From: Callorhinchus milii
Lineage: Eukaryota
Reading direction: 5' to 3'
DNA: 64,000 nucleotides
NCBI RefSeq assembly: GCF_018977255.1
Contig: NW_024704742.1
Span: forward strand, 94,304,001-94,368,000
Position numbers and translations under genes: made by a program
In this document: one piece after another, positions 26,516 to 37,730 of the stretch
Layout of the letters: the number at the start of each line of letters is the position of its first letter
Numbering within the stretch: position 1 is the stretch's first letter
The notes under the pieces: generated by a model
Database searches by the model: none
What the model saw: the letters and a program-made list of their open reading frames with translations, nothing else
What the model was told of the DNA's origin: nothing

Positions 26516-28270
26516 CTGCAAGTTAAACACAAGCTTTGTTTTACACGTTTGCAGTACTTTTAGAAACTATAACAATGTACAGCACAAATGGCAGTCATTT
26601 GGCCCATCACGTGTGCTGGCTCTTTGAAAGAGTAATCCATTCAGTCCCATTTACCAGCCTTTTCGTCATACCTCCAAGTAAGATATGCCACTGATCTCTG
26701 CAGATTGTTAGTCTCAACTTTCAGATCACTAGACAGACATTCACAAGCATGAACAAATACATTACTTGAGTTGTCAAATAGAAATTACATTAGTCAACCA
26801 TTATATCCTTCATTTCCCTCAGGTTTAGAGCATGCCACAATAACAGCAGCAAAGAATACAATTTATATTTATTTTGCACCTTTCACATCAGGAGGACCAA
26901 AGGACTTAACACTCAAGGTAGGGTTGGAAACAGAAAGATGACTGAAGCCTAGGATACATGCCAGAATCAAGGATTTTGCTCAGTCTTCAATAATTCTTGC
27001 AAATCCATTAATTTCCAGGACCCTGTTACTTAGGTAGATACTACCCACATGAAGAGCAATGTATAATGCAAGTTGATGCTGTTTTCGCAAACATCAAAGT
27101 CTACATTTTCCAATAGCAATCAAGTCATGGAGAGATCTTGATGACACTCACAAGAACAGCTATTTTACACCAGGATTGCCAGGTGCATCATGACATTAGT
27201 AACTTCATTGTTCTCACCTCAGAATATAAATTTCAAACCAGATTGGGATATCTCAGTTACTTTCCTTTTAACAGTAAAACCATATCTCCACCAGTGCAAG
27301 TCATTATTTACCATGAGGGACAGGAACATTTCTTGTAAAATGTTGGTAGACTTCAAAAAGCCTACCCAGAGAAGGGACATGGGGCATTCTGCTCATCTCT
27401 CTTCTAGGCCAGCAAGGTCCCAATGCAGGTCAAGCTTGTGATTTACAAGACCAAGGTGCAGTTCTTCTTCATGGATCTGAGTTCTGGAGATGCACTGGAA
27501 AGAAAGGTTTCCTCCAGCCCATTTGCAAAGTCTAGGATCAAATAACGATTTGGATTTGTGGCAAACATGGGAAACAGCTGCAGGGAGGGAGGGTGCCGAC
27601 TTGCACTGACCTATAGCTGAGCACCCTGGAGGCAGAATTGGCTTCACAACAAGCACATCTATTTGCCAAAGTCCCTTTGCAGTGGGTTCCTGATGCTTTG
27701 GGCAAGGGAGAGAGCAAGATAGAGGGACATTGGGATGGAGTTCCAGAGGCCAACGGAGAATGGCAAAATGCCCATCTGCCACTGGTGAGGTAGACATGGC
27801 AGGGGACTTGACCTAGGCCAGTGGTTGCTGAACCAAGGGAATGGCCAGTCACTGTGGCTGAAGTGAGTCACATATGGAATAGGGTGGGACCATGGAAGAA
27901 TTTGAACACAAAAGCAAGAATCCTGAACTCGATCCCCTGGGGATGGGGAGCCAGTGAAGTCGAGGGAGGATGGGGCGATAGGCTCACAGAGGCTGGCAGG
28001 GGATAGTTTACAGCTTGGTTAGGGAAGAGTCTGGCAAACAGGGCAGACATGACAAAAGCGTGTCAGTACCAAACTATACAGAACGGCAGCTGTCAGTCAA
28101 GCAAACTCCACATCATCCGGGGACACCATTCTTATTCAGAAATTCACAAACAGATAAAAAGGCCATATTCATCGCATTGCTGTTTACAGTACATCGCTAT
28201 TGTTGACAAGTCTACACTTTGAAGGAACAAATTTCAAAGTGTTATGACCTCAAAAGTTATCCATCCTCAC

Positions 28271-28393
28271 CATGTCTCCAAAGTGGTTCATTCCCAGTCT
28301 GAAAGAATGCTTCCCGAGGGAATGTTCCAAATTGTGAATTTCGATTACGCGGAGATGCTTCTCCCAAACCATCCTCCGCCAGGTTTCTTCCTT
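28271..28393 (-). CDS. CTSL: CTSL propeptide exon [41 protein letters not shown]
   Basis: ERFNIN-like and GNFD-like motifs; ttttcag| acceptor and ATG|gtgagg donor; 123 nt. Confidence 0.95.
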
Positions 28394-28498
28394 CTGAAAA
28401 GAGAAGGCAGCCTTCAGGTTCCACACAGCTGCTGAACATGAAAATCTCCTTCAGGCGAGGACCGATTCTAAACGATAGCGGCTTATCCAGTTCGTTAC

Positions 28499-28624
28499 CT
28501 GCTCGTAACTCTTGCCGTGCCAGCTCTTCCACTGCTCCCAGTGCGTATCTAAACCGGGATCCAAGCTTGGTGCCGCCAGGCCTCCAGCCAGGCACAAAGA
28601 CAACACCACGAAGGGCAGCCTCAT
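28499..28624 (-). CDS. CTSL: CTSL first coding exon MRLPFVVLSLCLAGGLAAPSLDPGLDTHWEQWKSWHGKSYEQ (exon starts at 28637 with 13 nt of UTR)
   Basis: Kozak ccaccgccATG, hydrophobic signal peptide, WxxWK propeptide motif, CAG|gtaacg donor, upstream acceptor ccgcag| at 28639-28638. Confidence 0.94.
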
Positions 28625-28845
28625 GGCGGTGGTGAACCTGCGGAAGACAAGGCGGCTCTCGCGTCAAAGCAAACGTCTTAAGCAACTTCAATCGGGGAGC
28701 GAAAGGGTTTCTTTCCCACTGGCGCCCCCACATCCCGCTGAACAGTCGTAAGGAAAACAAAACAGCTGTAGGAGAGAGCAGCAGTGGGAGGGCACCGAGA
28801 GCAGAGCTGACTCACCACTGACTGTAAACATGGGACAGTCTCGCA

Positions 28846-29671
28846 ACCCCCCACACTCCCCCCCACCCCCCAACACCCCCCACACCCCCCCCACCCCCCA
28901 CACCCCCCCCACCCCCCACACTCCCCCCCACCCCCCACGTCAAAACCCACAGCAAAACTCAAAAGGCGGTCCGGAATCAGACAGTCGCATCTTTTGAAGA
29001 AGAAGAAGAAGAAGAAAAGAATGAAGTGTTTCGGAGGATCGATGAAGTTGCATTGCTGTGTGAGTGTGAGTGTGTGTGTGGGGGTGTGTGTGTGGTGGGG
29101 GGGTGGGGGGGTGTGTGTGTGAGTGTGAGTGTGTGTGGGGGGGGTGGGGGGTGTGTGTGTGGGTGTGTGTGGGGGTGTGGGGTGTGTGGGGGTGGTGTGT
29201 GTGGGGGGGTGGGGGTGTGGGGGGGGTGTGTGTGGGGCTGTGTGGGGGTGTGTGTGAGTGTGAGTGTGTGTGGGGGGGTGTGGGGTGGTGTGAGTGTGTG
29301 AGTGTGGTGTGTGTGGGGGGGTGTGGGGTGTGTGAGTGTGTGGTGTGTGTGTGTGGGGGGGGGTGGGGTGTGTGGGGGGTGTGTGTGGGGGGGGGCTGTG
29401 TGGGCAGTGTGTGTGGGGGTGTGGGGGGGTGGGGGGGGGTGTGGGGGGGGTGTGGGTGTGGGTGGGGGGGTGTGGGTGTGGGGGGGGGTTGTGGGGGGGG
29501 TGTGGGTGTGGGGGGGTGTGGGGGGGGGTGGTGTGGGGGGGGGGGGGGGTGTGTGGGCGTGTGTGTGGGGGGGTGTGGGGGGGGGGTGGTGTGTGGGGGG
29601 GGCTGTGTGGGGGGGTGGGCTGTGTGTGGGGGTGCGTGTGGGTGTGTGTGTGTGGGGGGGTTTGGGGGGGG
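28846..29671. repeat. C/A-rich tract (28846-28937) and long G/T-rich low-complexity tract (29056-29671) in CTSL intron 1
   Basis: Mixed (GT)n and G-run sequence read directly. Confidence 0.95.
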
Positions 29672-29968
29672 TCCCCGCGAGGTCGGATCAGAGATCAGGC
29701 TGTCGGGTCCCGGGCTTTGCTGAGTCAGTGCCACAGACGTGGAGTAGGAGTCCCATTGATTGGAATGTTTTAAGTTTACATCATTTTTTCCCCATCACCA
29801 CCACCAACTAAAGCGGCCCCGGGGCTGACCACAAGCCATGGCATATCATTCCCGGACACACACACACACACCACACACACACACACACTCCCCGATTCCC
29901 GCAAACGAGAGAATTGTCCCCACACCCTCAACAACAACATCCTGGTTTTCCTAACGACCGAGTTACCA

Positions 29969-29995
29969 GGAGAGGGAGAGAGAGAGAGGGAGAGG

Positions 29996-30029
<34 letters not shown>

Positions 30030-30169
30030 GAGAGAGAGAGAGGAGAGAGAGAGGAGAGGAGAGAGAGAGAGAGAGAGGAGAGAGAGGAGAGAGAGAGGAG
30101 AGGGAGAGAGAGAGAGAGAGAGAGGGAGGGAGAGAGAGAGAGGAGGAGAGAGAGGAGAGAGGGAGAGAG

Positions 30170-30213
<44 letters not shown>

Positions 30214-30399
30214 GGAGAGGAGAGAGGGAGAGAGAGGAGAGAGGGAGAGAGAGAGGAGAGGGAGAGAGAGAGGAGAGAGAGAGAGAGGAGGAGAGAGAGA
30301 GAGGAGGAGGAGAGAGAGGAGAGAGAGAGAGAGAGGAGAGAGAGAGGAGAGAGAGAGAGAGAGAGGAGAGAGAGGGAGAGAGAAGAGAGAGAGAGAGGG

Positions 30400-30430
<31 letters not shown>

Positions 30431-30822
30431 GGAGAGGAGAGAGAGAGAGAGAGAGGGAGGAGAGAAGAGAGAGGAGAGAGGGAGAGAGAGGGAGAGAGAG
30501 AGGAGAAGGAGGGAGAGAGGGACAGAGAGGAGAGAGAGGAGAGAGAGAGAGAGAGAAGAGAGGGAGAGAGAGGAGAGAGGGAGAGAGGGAGAGAGAGAGG
30601 AGAGGGAGAGAGAGAGAGAGAGAGAGGAGAGGGAGAGAAGAGAGAGGAGAGAGGAGAGAGGGAGAGAGAGAGAGGAGAGGGAGAGAGAGAGGAGAAGGAG
30701 GGAGAGAGGGACAGAGAGGAGAGAGAGGAGAGAGAGAAGAGAGGGAGAGAGAGAAGAGAGGGAGAGAGAGAGAGAGAGGGAGAGAGAGAGAGAGAGGGAG
30801 AGAGAGAGAGAGAGAGAGAGGA
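29969..30822. repeat. About 850 bp polypurine (GA)n/GGA tract in CTSL intron 1, followed by (TA)n at about 30891-30916
   Basis: Almost pure A/G on the + strand; the only pyrimidines are the two gacag interruptions. Confidence 0.97.
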
Positions 30823-30885
30823 GAAAAACAGATCCTTTGCATAATGCAAAGAAAGCCGAAGCATTTCTAACCCACTTTACTAATA

Positions 30886-30923
<38 letters not shown>

Positions 30924-31133
30924 ATAGGAAAACAGAAGTGAGGAAAACGAGGATTACAATTCCGCCCCAAAATAAAACAACATTCACGATGCCGCTGGTC
31001 GCGGTGGTATGCAATTCCCCCCCTCCCCCCCTCCCCCTCCCCTCCCCGGGGGGGAGCCCGGCACAGCCGCCCACAGATACAGGACCTTCCCGGGGGGTGT
31101 GGGGGGGAGTGGGTGACTGAAGGCTCTCCTCAC

Positions 31134-31315
31134 CTGTCTCAGCTCTATACCGCAGTAAACAAAGCGCCGCTGCCCTGTGGGTCAGTATTGGTCAGTGCCA
31201 CTCACTCCGCTGCCCTGTGGGTCAGTATTGGTCAGTGCCACTCACTCCGCTGTCCTGTGGGTCAGTATTGGTCAGTGCCACTCACTCCGCTGTCCGGGCT
31301 CTGGACTGAGCTCTG
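31134..31315 (-). other. CTSL: Probable non-coding exon 1 (5' UTR) of CTSL
   Basis: Strong donor CAG|gtgagg at 31134/31133; lies about 30 nt downstream of a TATAAA; contains no upstream ATG; vertebrate CTSL genes have a non-coding first exon. The 5' boundary is inferred. Confidence 0.7.
31167..31295. repeat. 40-bp tandem repeat, about 3.2 copies (ccgctgccctgtgggtcagtattggtcagtgccactcact)
   Basis: Near-identical units with a period of exactly 40 nt. Confidence 0.97.
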
Positions 31316-31338
31316 TGCGGACCCGCACACCCACTGCC

Positions 31339-31448
31339 TTTATAGGCAACAGCGCCTCTCGCCTCTTCCCATTGGTTTGCCACCGCCCCCCCGTCCCTCC
31401 CCCGTCCCTCCCCCGTCCCTCCCCCCGTCCCGCCCTCCCGCACGTGAC
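31339..31448 (-). promoter_or_regulatory. CTSL core/proximal promoter: TATAAA (31344-31339), CCAAT (31375-31371), GC boxes (31383-31388, 31430-31435), E-box/CLEAR-like GTCACGTG (31448-31441)
   Basis: Motifs read directly, in canonical order and spacing, within CpG-rich sequence upstream of the exon 1 donor. Confidence 0.75.
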
Positions 31449-33203
31449 CGGCGCTCAGCTGACAGTCCCCTCCCGTGAGAGTGACTGACATACCATCCAG
31501 ACTCCCAAAGGTTGCATTGCGACCCCCCTGACCACCCCCACCCCACCCCCTCCCCCTCCTCCTAATAATGATTAACATACGGATAAGAGTCTTCTTCAGA
31601 GTCAATGTGTTTCTCTTTTTTTTTTAAGATTTAATATTTCCCACTGCTTTTGTTTACCCGGACCCCCAAAATGCAATGAATTTAGGTGATAATTCAATTT
31701 GTTAATTGACCAATGTAATGAATCACCCACCGTTGGGCGAATAATCAATTCAGCAATTAATCAATTCATGTCACCGGTGTGTTTTGCCCCACCCCAAGAA
31801 CATTTTCGACTGAGATGCTTCCATTTTGTACCCCAGCGCTCAAGGAAATACGTCGTAAATTAATTCATTGATTAATTGACTTTGCGTTTCATAAATCACA
31901 TCACCAAGATATCTCAAAAGTACTTGTAGGGATTACTTACACGCAATTTGCACACAGCGATGTCCTATGCAAATTGCATGTAAGTAAATACGCATTACAG
32001 TCACAAAGTTTACATACAGCCGTGAAGTGAGCGAGCAATTTTATCTGGGGTTTCCTGGTCAGGACAACCTTCTCTTTTCAAATTGTGCCGTGGGATTTTT
32101 AACTTCCACCTGAACAGGCAGAAGGACTTCGGTTTAACATCACATCTGAAGGACGCATACCTGCCAGTCTGCAGAAGAAAATAAAGTAGCAAATTTTCAG
32201 CAAAGCAAAGCTGCAGATTTGTTAATAGCCCTTTTTCTTAGAGCCAGAGTACTATCAACTGAACCAGGCTGACACCAATTATTAGCTTTATATGAAAGAA
32301 AACAAATTGGGCATTACTTTACCATCTCCTTTTTTCCCATTTTTCTAACGGAGGGACAGGAGCTTACATCTCTGCTACACCATTTCAGTCAATGTTCTTG
32401 TGTGAATCCAGACACTGAGCGTCTCCAAGTTAGGGGCATCACAGCCAAACCCAAATTTGTCCTTGAACAGATAATGGAATGAGTGTCCATTATTCACCTA
32501 CTTTCCAGTCCATGTGTAAAAGTTGATAGAGGTGGAGCTATGACTATTTTTACTTTTCATAAGGGGTCATTGTGAATTGCAATGCTCTACTGCTGCCTGA
32601 AGAAGAGATTAACTGATTCAATGCAGAACAGGAATGGAAACTGGGACCTTCTAAGGCTATGTGAGGCTATGTACCACACTAGGTTATTTAGTCAGCCATT
32701 GGCAGAGTTGATATTATCCTATTAGATACAATATAAGTATCCATTTACTAAGTAAATTGTGTTTCAAATAACAATTGCTGATTGCTTTATTGCGGTTACA
32801 TAAAAGACGTAATTACAGTACAGAAAGAGGCCATTCAGCCACGTAGACCATACCATTGTTTCTTTACCCCTCCTAATTTCTTTGCCAGACCCCTCTATTC
32901 CCTTCTCCCTCACATACACTTCATGTTTCCTCTTGTATGCATTGGTGCTTTCTTTTTCAACCACAGGTTCCAACAACAAGTTTCAATTAATCAATGAATT
33001 GTTGGTAATTCACATTAAAGGAGGGCCAATTAAAAGCATTTATCATCTTTTCTTAATGATCTATTGAATAAAGACTGTGCTGCAACATCAAACCATGAAG
33101 CCCAGAAGGTTCAAGATTTGATTTCCAATCTGTATTAAGTTAAATGACCTCAGTAGTTGGGATAGCAAATGCGGTGCCATAATTAGTCAAGTGATAATAA
33201 TTT

Positions 33204-33372
33204 AGTCACTCAATCCACGACTATTTGTGAGACACTGCTGCATGCAATTGGCTGCTGCGTTTCGCCCACAAAATATACAGTCAATTCACTTTACATTATT
33301 TTCTGTGAAGCACTTTGAGACATCTCAAAGACGTGATAAGGCACTATATCAAATTCAAGGATTATTATTATT
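33204..33372 (+). mobile_element. SINE 3' portion
   Basis: Shared body and (ATT)n tail. Confidence 0.82.
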
Positions 33373-35204
33373 AAGTGTCTCTGAGCCAGGGAGATGAAGC
33401 AATCATCCAGTGTCCCCACTCTTAATCATTATTCAATGACCTCTGTGGGTCAATAGATACCAGTGGGAGCCCCCATTTGGGTAACTTGGATTTCTTATTC
33501 AGGAAATCTATTAAGAAATACTTCATAAATGCTATAAATTTGACCCTATTGTGTATATGTATATAAACGTAAAAGGTTGCCATTTTTCACAAAGACATTG
33601 TCTCAGATTAGAGTTGCACAATATGCTTCAGTCTCAGTCTGCTGAATTGTTTTTACTCTCGACTGAACTAATTGAAATGAATATTTGTGTAAAAGTATGA
33701 AATTGTTATTAAGTTCATAACCAAAACACAAATAATCAATACATATGTACAGGTTGCACAGTTGATGCATTGGGACTCCATTCCTTCATTTGCAATATCT
33801 GAAGCTACATCCTTTTCAAACTTGAACAGTAACAAACCTAGATCTGAAATAAGTAAAGACAACATTATACTAGCATTGATTCTTAAATATATATTTTTCT
33901 ATGGCTCTAAAAGGTTTGTTACAAGATCAATCATGTTCTTTTCAACAAAAAAGTGCTACATCATGAATGATAAATTTATCAAACAAGTTAGTCTACGATT
34001 CATAGGAAATAGCAAATGAATCAAACCGTTTTTTTTCACTGAGTTTTTTGTAACACTTACTTATAGAGAATGTCTGAGTTCTACATTGGATAGCACCTTT
34101 GCCAGGGGTTCTCAAATCCTTCTGCAATTTGTCTTTTCACTTGTGGATGGTGCACAACGAATGCTTAATGCAATTTTGCAAGTTTATTGTAAACAAATGA
34201 TTCAAATTTATTTATTTTGTAGAGCATTTTCTGACCTAAGAAAACCTAGTTGAAACATTTACAGCTTTTACAATGTGCTAAAACAGTATTTGCAATAATT
34301 CCTGACATGGTTTAAAATAGGAATGCTTTCACTGTAAACACCTACTGATTTTAGTTACATCACAATGCTTCATATTCATGAGATGTCATAAATTATACCT
34401 TCTTGGCATGAAGTTTCAGATTATTTGTTTCCAATGAAGGATTATGCTTTTTGTTCAGCGTGCTTTCTGACATATTCAGAAACCCAGAATATATTCAGTT
34501 TATCAGAATATTTTTCATTTTACAAAACTTATCAAAGTGGAGAATTTTGGTCTAACAAACTGTCCAAACCCATTAATTTTCCAAACCCAAGCAAATTCTA
34601 TAATTGTGTTACTACACAGACCAAATGAAACCTGGCATATTGAATAATATTTTTCTTGAACAATTTTGAACTTAAATTCAAAATAACATTCGAAAATGTG
34701 CCTCTTCAGCTTTTTCCTCTTGTTAAAATACTTGTTACCACATGACTATTTGCTTCAGGAAGGTGAGCAGAATAATAGAATGCTGAGTCCCATGACTGTA
34801 GGCAAGTCTTTCCAAAATTAGTCAACAGGAAACACCCTTTCAACTGGGCCGGCTGACTATTGGAGTTTTTCCTCCTTATTGCACTTTGTCTCGTGCTCAA
34901 CATAAAACTAGTAAAAACTGCTCACAAATATTAAATCGTAAACTCACCTGCTCCCTGTCTCTTAAGAGATCATAGTTGAATATTCAAACAACATGTACTT
35001 GTGAGCCCTTCACTGTGCACGCTGGAACATTTTGATTTCAGATGTAGCAATGAGAAGGCAAAGGCCAAGTGACTTTCCTACAGAAATCCTAGCATTTGGA
35101 TGAATAGCAGCATTGGAAGAGGCTTGGTGACAAGTTATCTTTTGTCTTTGGAACTGTGTGTGATACAGGGGTGTAAAGATGAGACAAAGTAATGGAAAAT
35201 GCGT

Positions 35205-36362
35205 TGAAGGTGGCTGCTCTTGCCTGGATTCAATCCTATCTCTCTCACCGTCTCCACTTTGTTGCCTCTAACGGTTTCTCCTCCAGCCCCTGCACTGTCA
35301 TGTCCAGTGTCCCCCAGGGCTCTGTCCTTGGCCCTCTCCTCTTTAATATCTACATGCTCCCCCTTGGTGACATCATCCGCAGACATGGGGTCAACTTCCA
35401 TATGTACGCAGATGACACCCAACTCTATCTTTCTGCCTCCACCCTAACTCCAGGACCACTGTGTCCTGACAGACTGCCTGTCGGACATCAAGTCCTGGAT
35501 GAGGGCAAATGTCCTACAGTTGAATGTGAACAAGACTGAGGCCCTCCTGATTGGCTCACACCAGCGCCTCAGCACCTCAGGCTCTGGCAGCATCAGCCTC
35601 CATGGTTGCACACTTCAACTCACCAAACCAGTCAGGAACCCAGGTGTCTTGTTCGACCCTCAACTGTCTTTTCTTCCCCACATCCAAGCCATGACCCACT
35701 CTGCCTTCCCTCACCTCCATAACATCGCCGGACTCCGCCACTGCCTCAGGCCACTGAAACTCTTGTTCATGCCTTCATCACCTCCAGGCTCAAATATGCA
35801 AATAACCTTCTTGTCGGCCTTCCCAATTCCTCTCTCTACAGGGCTGCAGATAATCCAGAACTCTGCAGCCTGTGCCCTCTCCCGCACCAAAATCCGTGAT
35901 CCCATCTCCCCCATTCTCCATTGGCTCACTATCCTTCAGAGGATCCAGTTCAAGATCCTGGTCCTCACATACAAAGCCCTCCATGGCTTCGCCCCACCCT
36001 ACCTCTGCGACCTCCTAACCCGCTATCAACCCGCCTGCTCCCTCCACTCAGCCGGCTCTGGCCTGCTCCATGTCCCCCGACCCACCCTCCCCACCATTGG
36101 CGGGTGAGCCTTCAGCCACTCTTCCCCCAATCTCTGGAATTCCATCCGACAATCACTCCACCTCACCCCCTCCTTAGCCTCCTTCAAGTCCCACCTCAAA
36201 ACCCTCCTCTTTGACCATTCCATTGGCCACCCCCATTCCCCTCCCCTCCCTTCTCCCCTCTGACCCCAGCTAGGGTCTGAAATGCTGTACACTGTCCAGC
36301 GCCTTGGGACGTCCTCCCAACGTGAACGGCGCTATACAAATGTAATCTTGTTGTTGTTGTTG
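35205..36362 (+). mobile_element. L2-type LINE 3' fragment including the RT YADD motif
   Basis: [15 protein letters not shown] and [11 protein letters not shown]-terminal motifs; (TTG)n tail. Confidence 0.92.
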
Positions 36363-37081
36363 GAGGGAATAAAAGAATAATCCTTGCAGCAGAGAAAATG
36401 AGAAACAACAGGCTGCCCCGTTTGTGACAAATCTACATTTGAGTGTTCAAGTAATTAGTTTTAGTATTAAGTTGCATGAAAGCTACAATATTTGATTTGG
36501 GGCAGATTTCATTTATAGCTTACGGAGACGAAACAAGGAATTTGCAACTAATGACGGAAACAATGGGCAGGTTTCCTCAGTCTGTCAGATATGATGCAAC
36601 CGCAGAGCTGGTCGTGTGAGCTGGCATTGATTAACAGGTCACATGCTTTTTTCTCATTGCAGTAAACGCTGCCAGGAACTGTTCAAAGACTCATGTCTAG
36701 ATCAGTGCTACGCATTTGTCAAGTTGTGACTTTCGAATACATTTTAAACCTAACACGGGTCACTTTCTTCATTTTTTAGCCTATATGCGGGGTGTTCTGT
36801 TCCCTCGCTCCAGCCTCCCCATTCCCCGTTACCCCCCACCCTCGCTCAGCCTCACTGACTTCCCACCCCTTAACAGACTGAATCCAACATTTTGCCCTCG
36901 CTTTGAAATGCCTCCGAGGCCTTTGTGACCTCTTGTGATCCGTCGGATATAAAAGCGCTATATAAATGTAAATTGTTCTTAGAGTTTGGAACTAGGCAGA
37001 GAATCTGAAATGGTGTGAAAATCAGAACTTAAAAATACTTTTTAGTGTTGTTTCTACAATGATTTCCATCACATTTGTTGT

Positions 37082-37730
37082 GGAGCCCTGTCGCATAGTA
37101 GTTAGAGCACTCATCTTGCAAGCAAGAGGATCTGGGTTTGATTCCCAGGAGAGCGGAATGTTGGGCAATTTTCCTTAAAGTCGTGGACATTAAGTGGATT
37201 AATAAACAAATTATTATAAATTATTTATTTTATTTAAAGAAATTATTACCCCTCGGAAAAGCAATCCGCCAACCCACTTACAGCCTAGCAGTAATAATTA
37301 TAATAATAATAATAATCCTTGCATTTGATATAGTGCTTTTTCACTTCTTCAAGACGTCTCAAAGCGCTTCACAGAATAAATTGTAAAGTGAATTGACTTT
37401 AAGAGGGAACACAGTTGTTAGTCGATTGACGGATTGCTTTTCCCGGGGGATAATAATCTCTTCAAATAAGTAAATAAACAAACAAACAAACAAACAAACT
37501 AATTAATTAATTAATTAATTAATTAATTAAATGTATATTAATCCACTTCAATGTCACTCAATCCACGACTGTTCGTGGGACACTTCTGTGTGCAATTAGC
37601 TGCCACGTCTCGTCCACAAAATAGACGGTCAATTCACTTTACAGTATATTCTGTGAAGCGCTTTAAGACATCTCAACAAAGTGATAAGGTGCTATATCAA
37701 ATGCAAGGATTATTATTACTATTATTAATA
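37082..37730. mobile_element. Composite of SINE pieces in both orientations, with (AAAC)n and (TAAT)n microsatellites
   Basis: + head 37082-37178, - body about 37180-37272, - tail 37291-37398, + body and tail 37413-37730. Confidence 0.75.

Noticed and set aside
27420..27540. Possible RTE-type LINE remnant (KLVIYK..., HGSEFW-like)
   Set aside because: Too short and degraded to support without a profile search
28940..30970. Long ORFs of 145-362 aa (Pro/His/Thr-, Gly/Val/Cys-, Ser/Leu- and Glu/Arg-rich)
   Set aside because: They are translations of GT/G-run and GA tracts that lack stop codons by composition, and they lie inside CTSL intron 1
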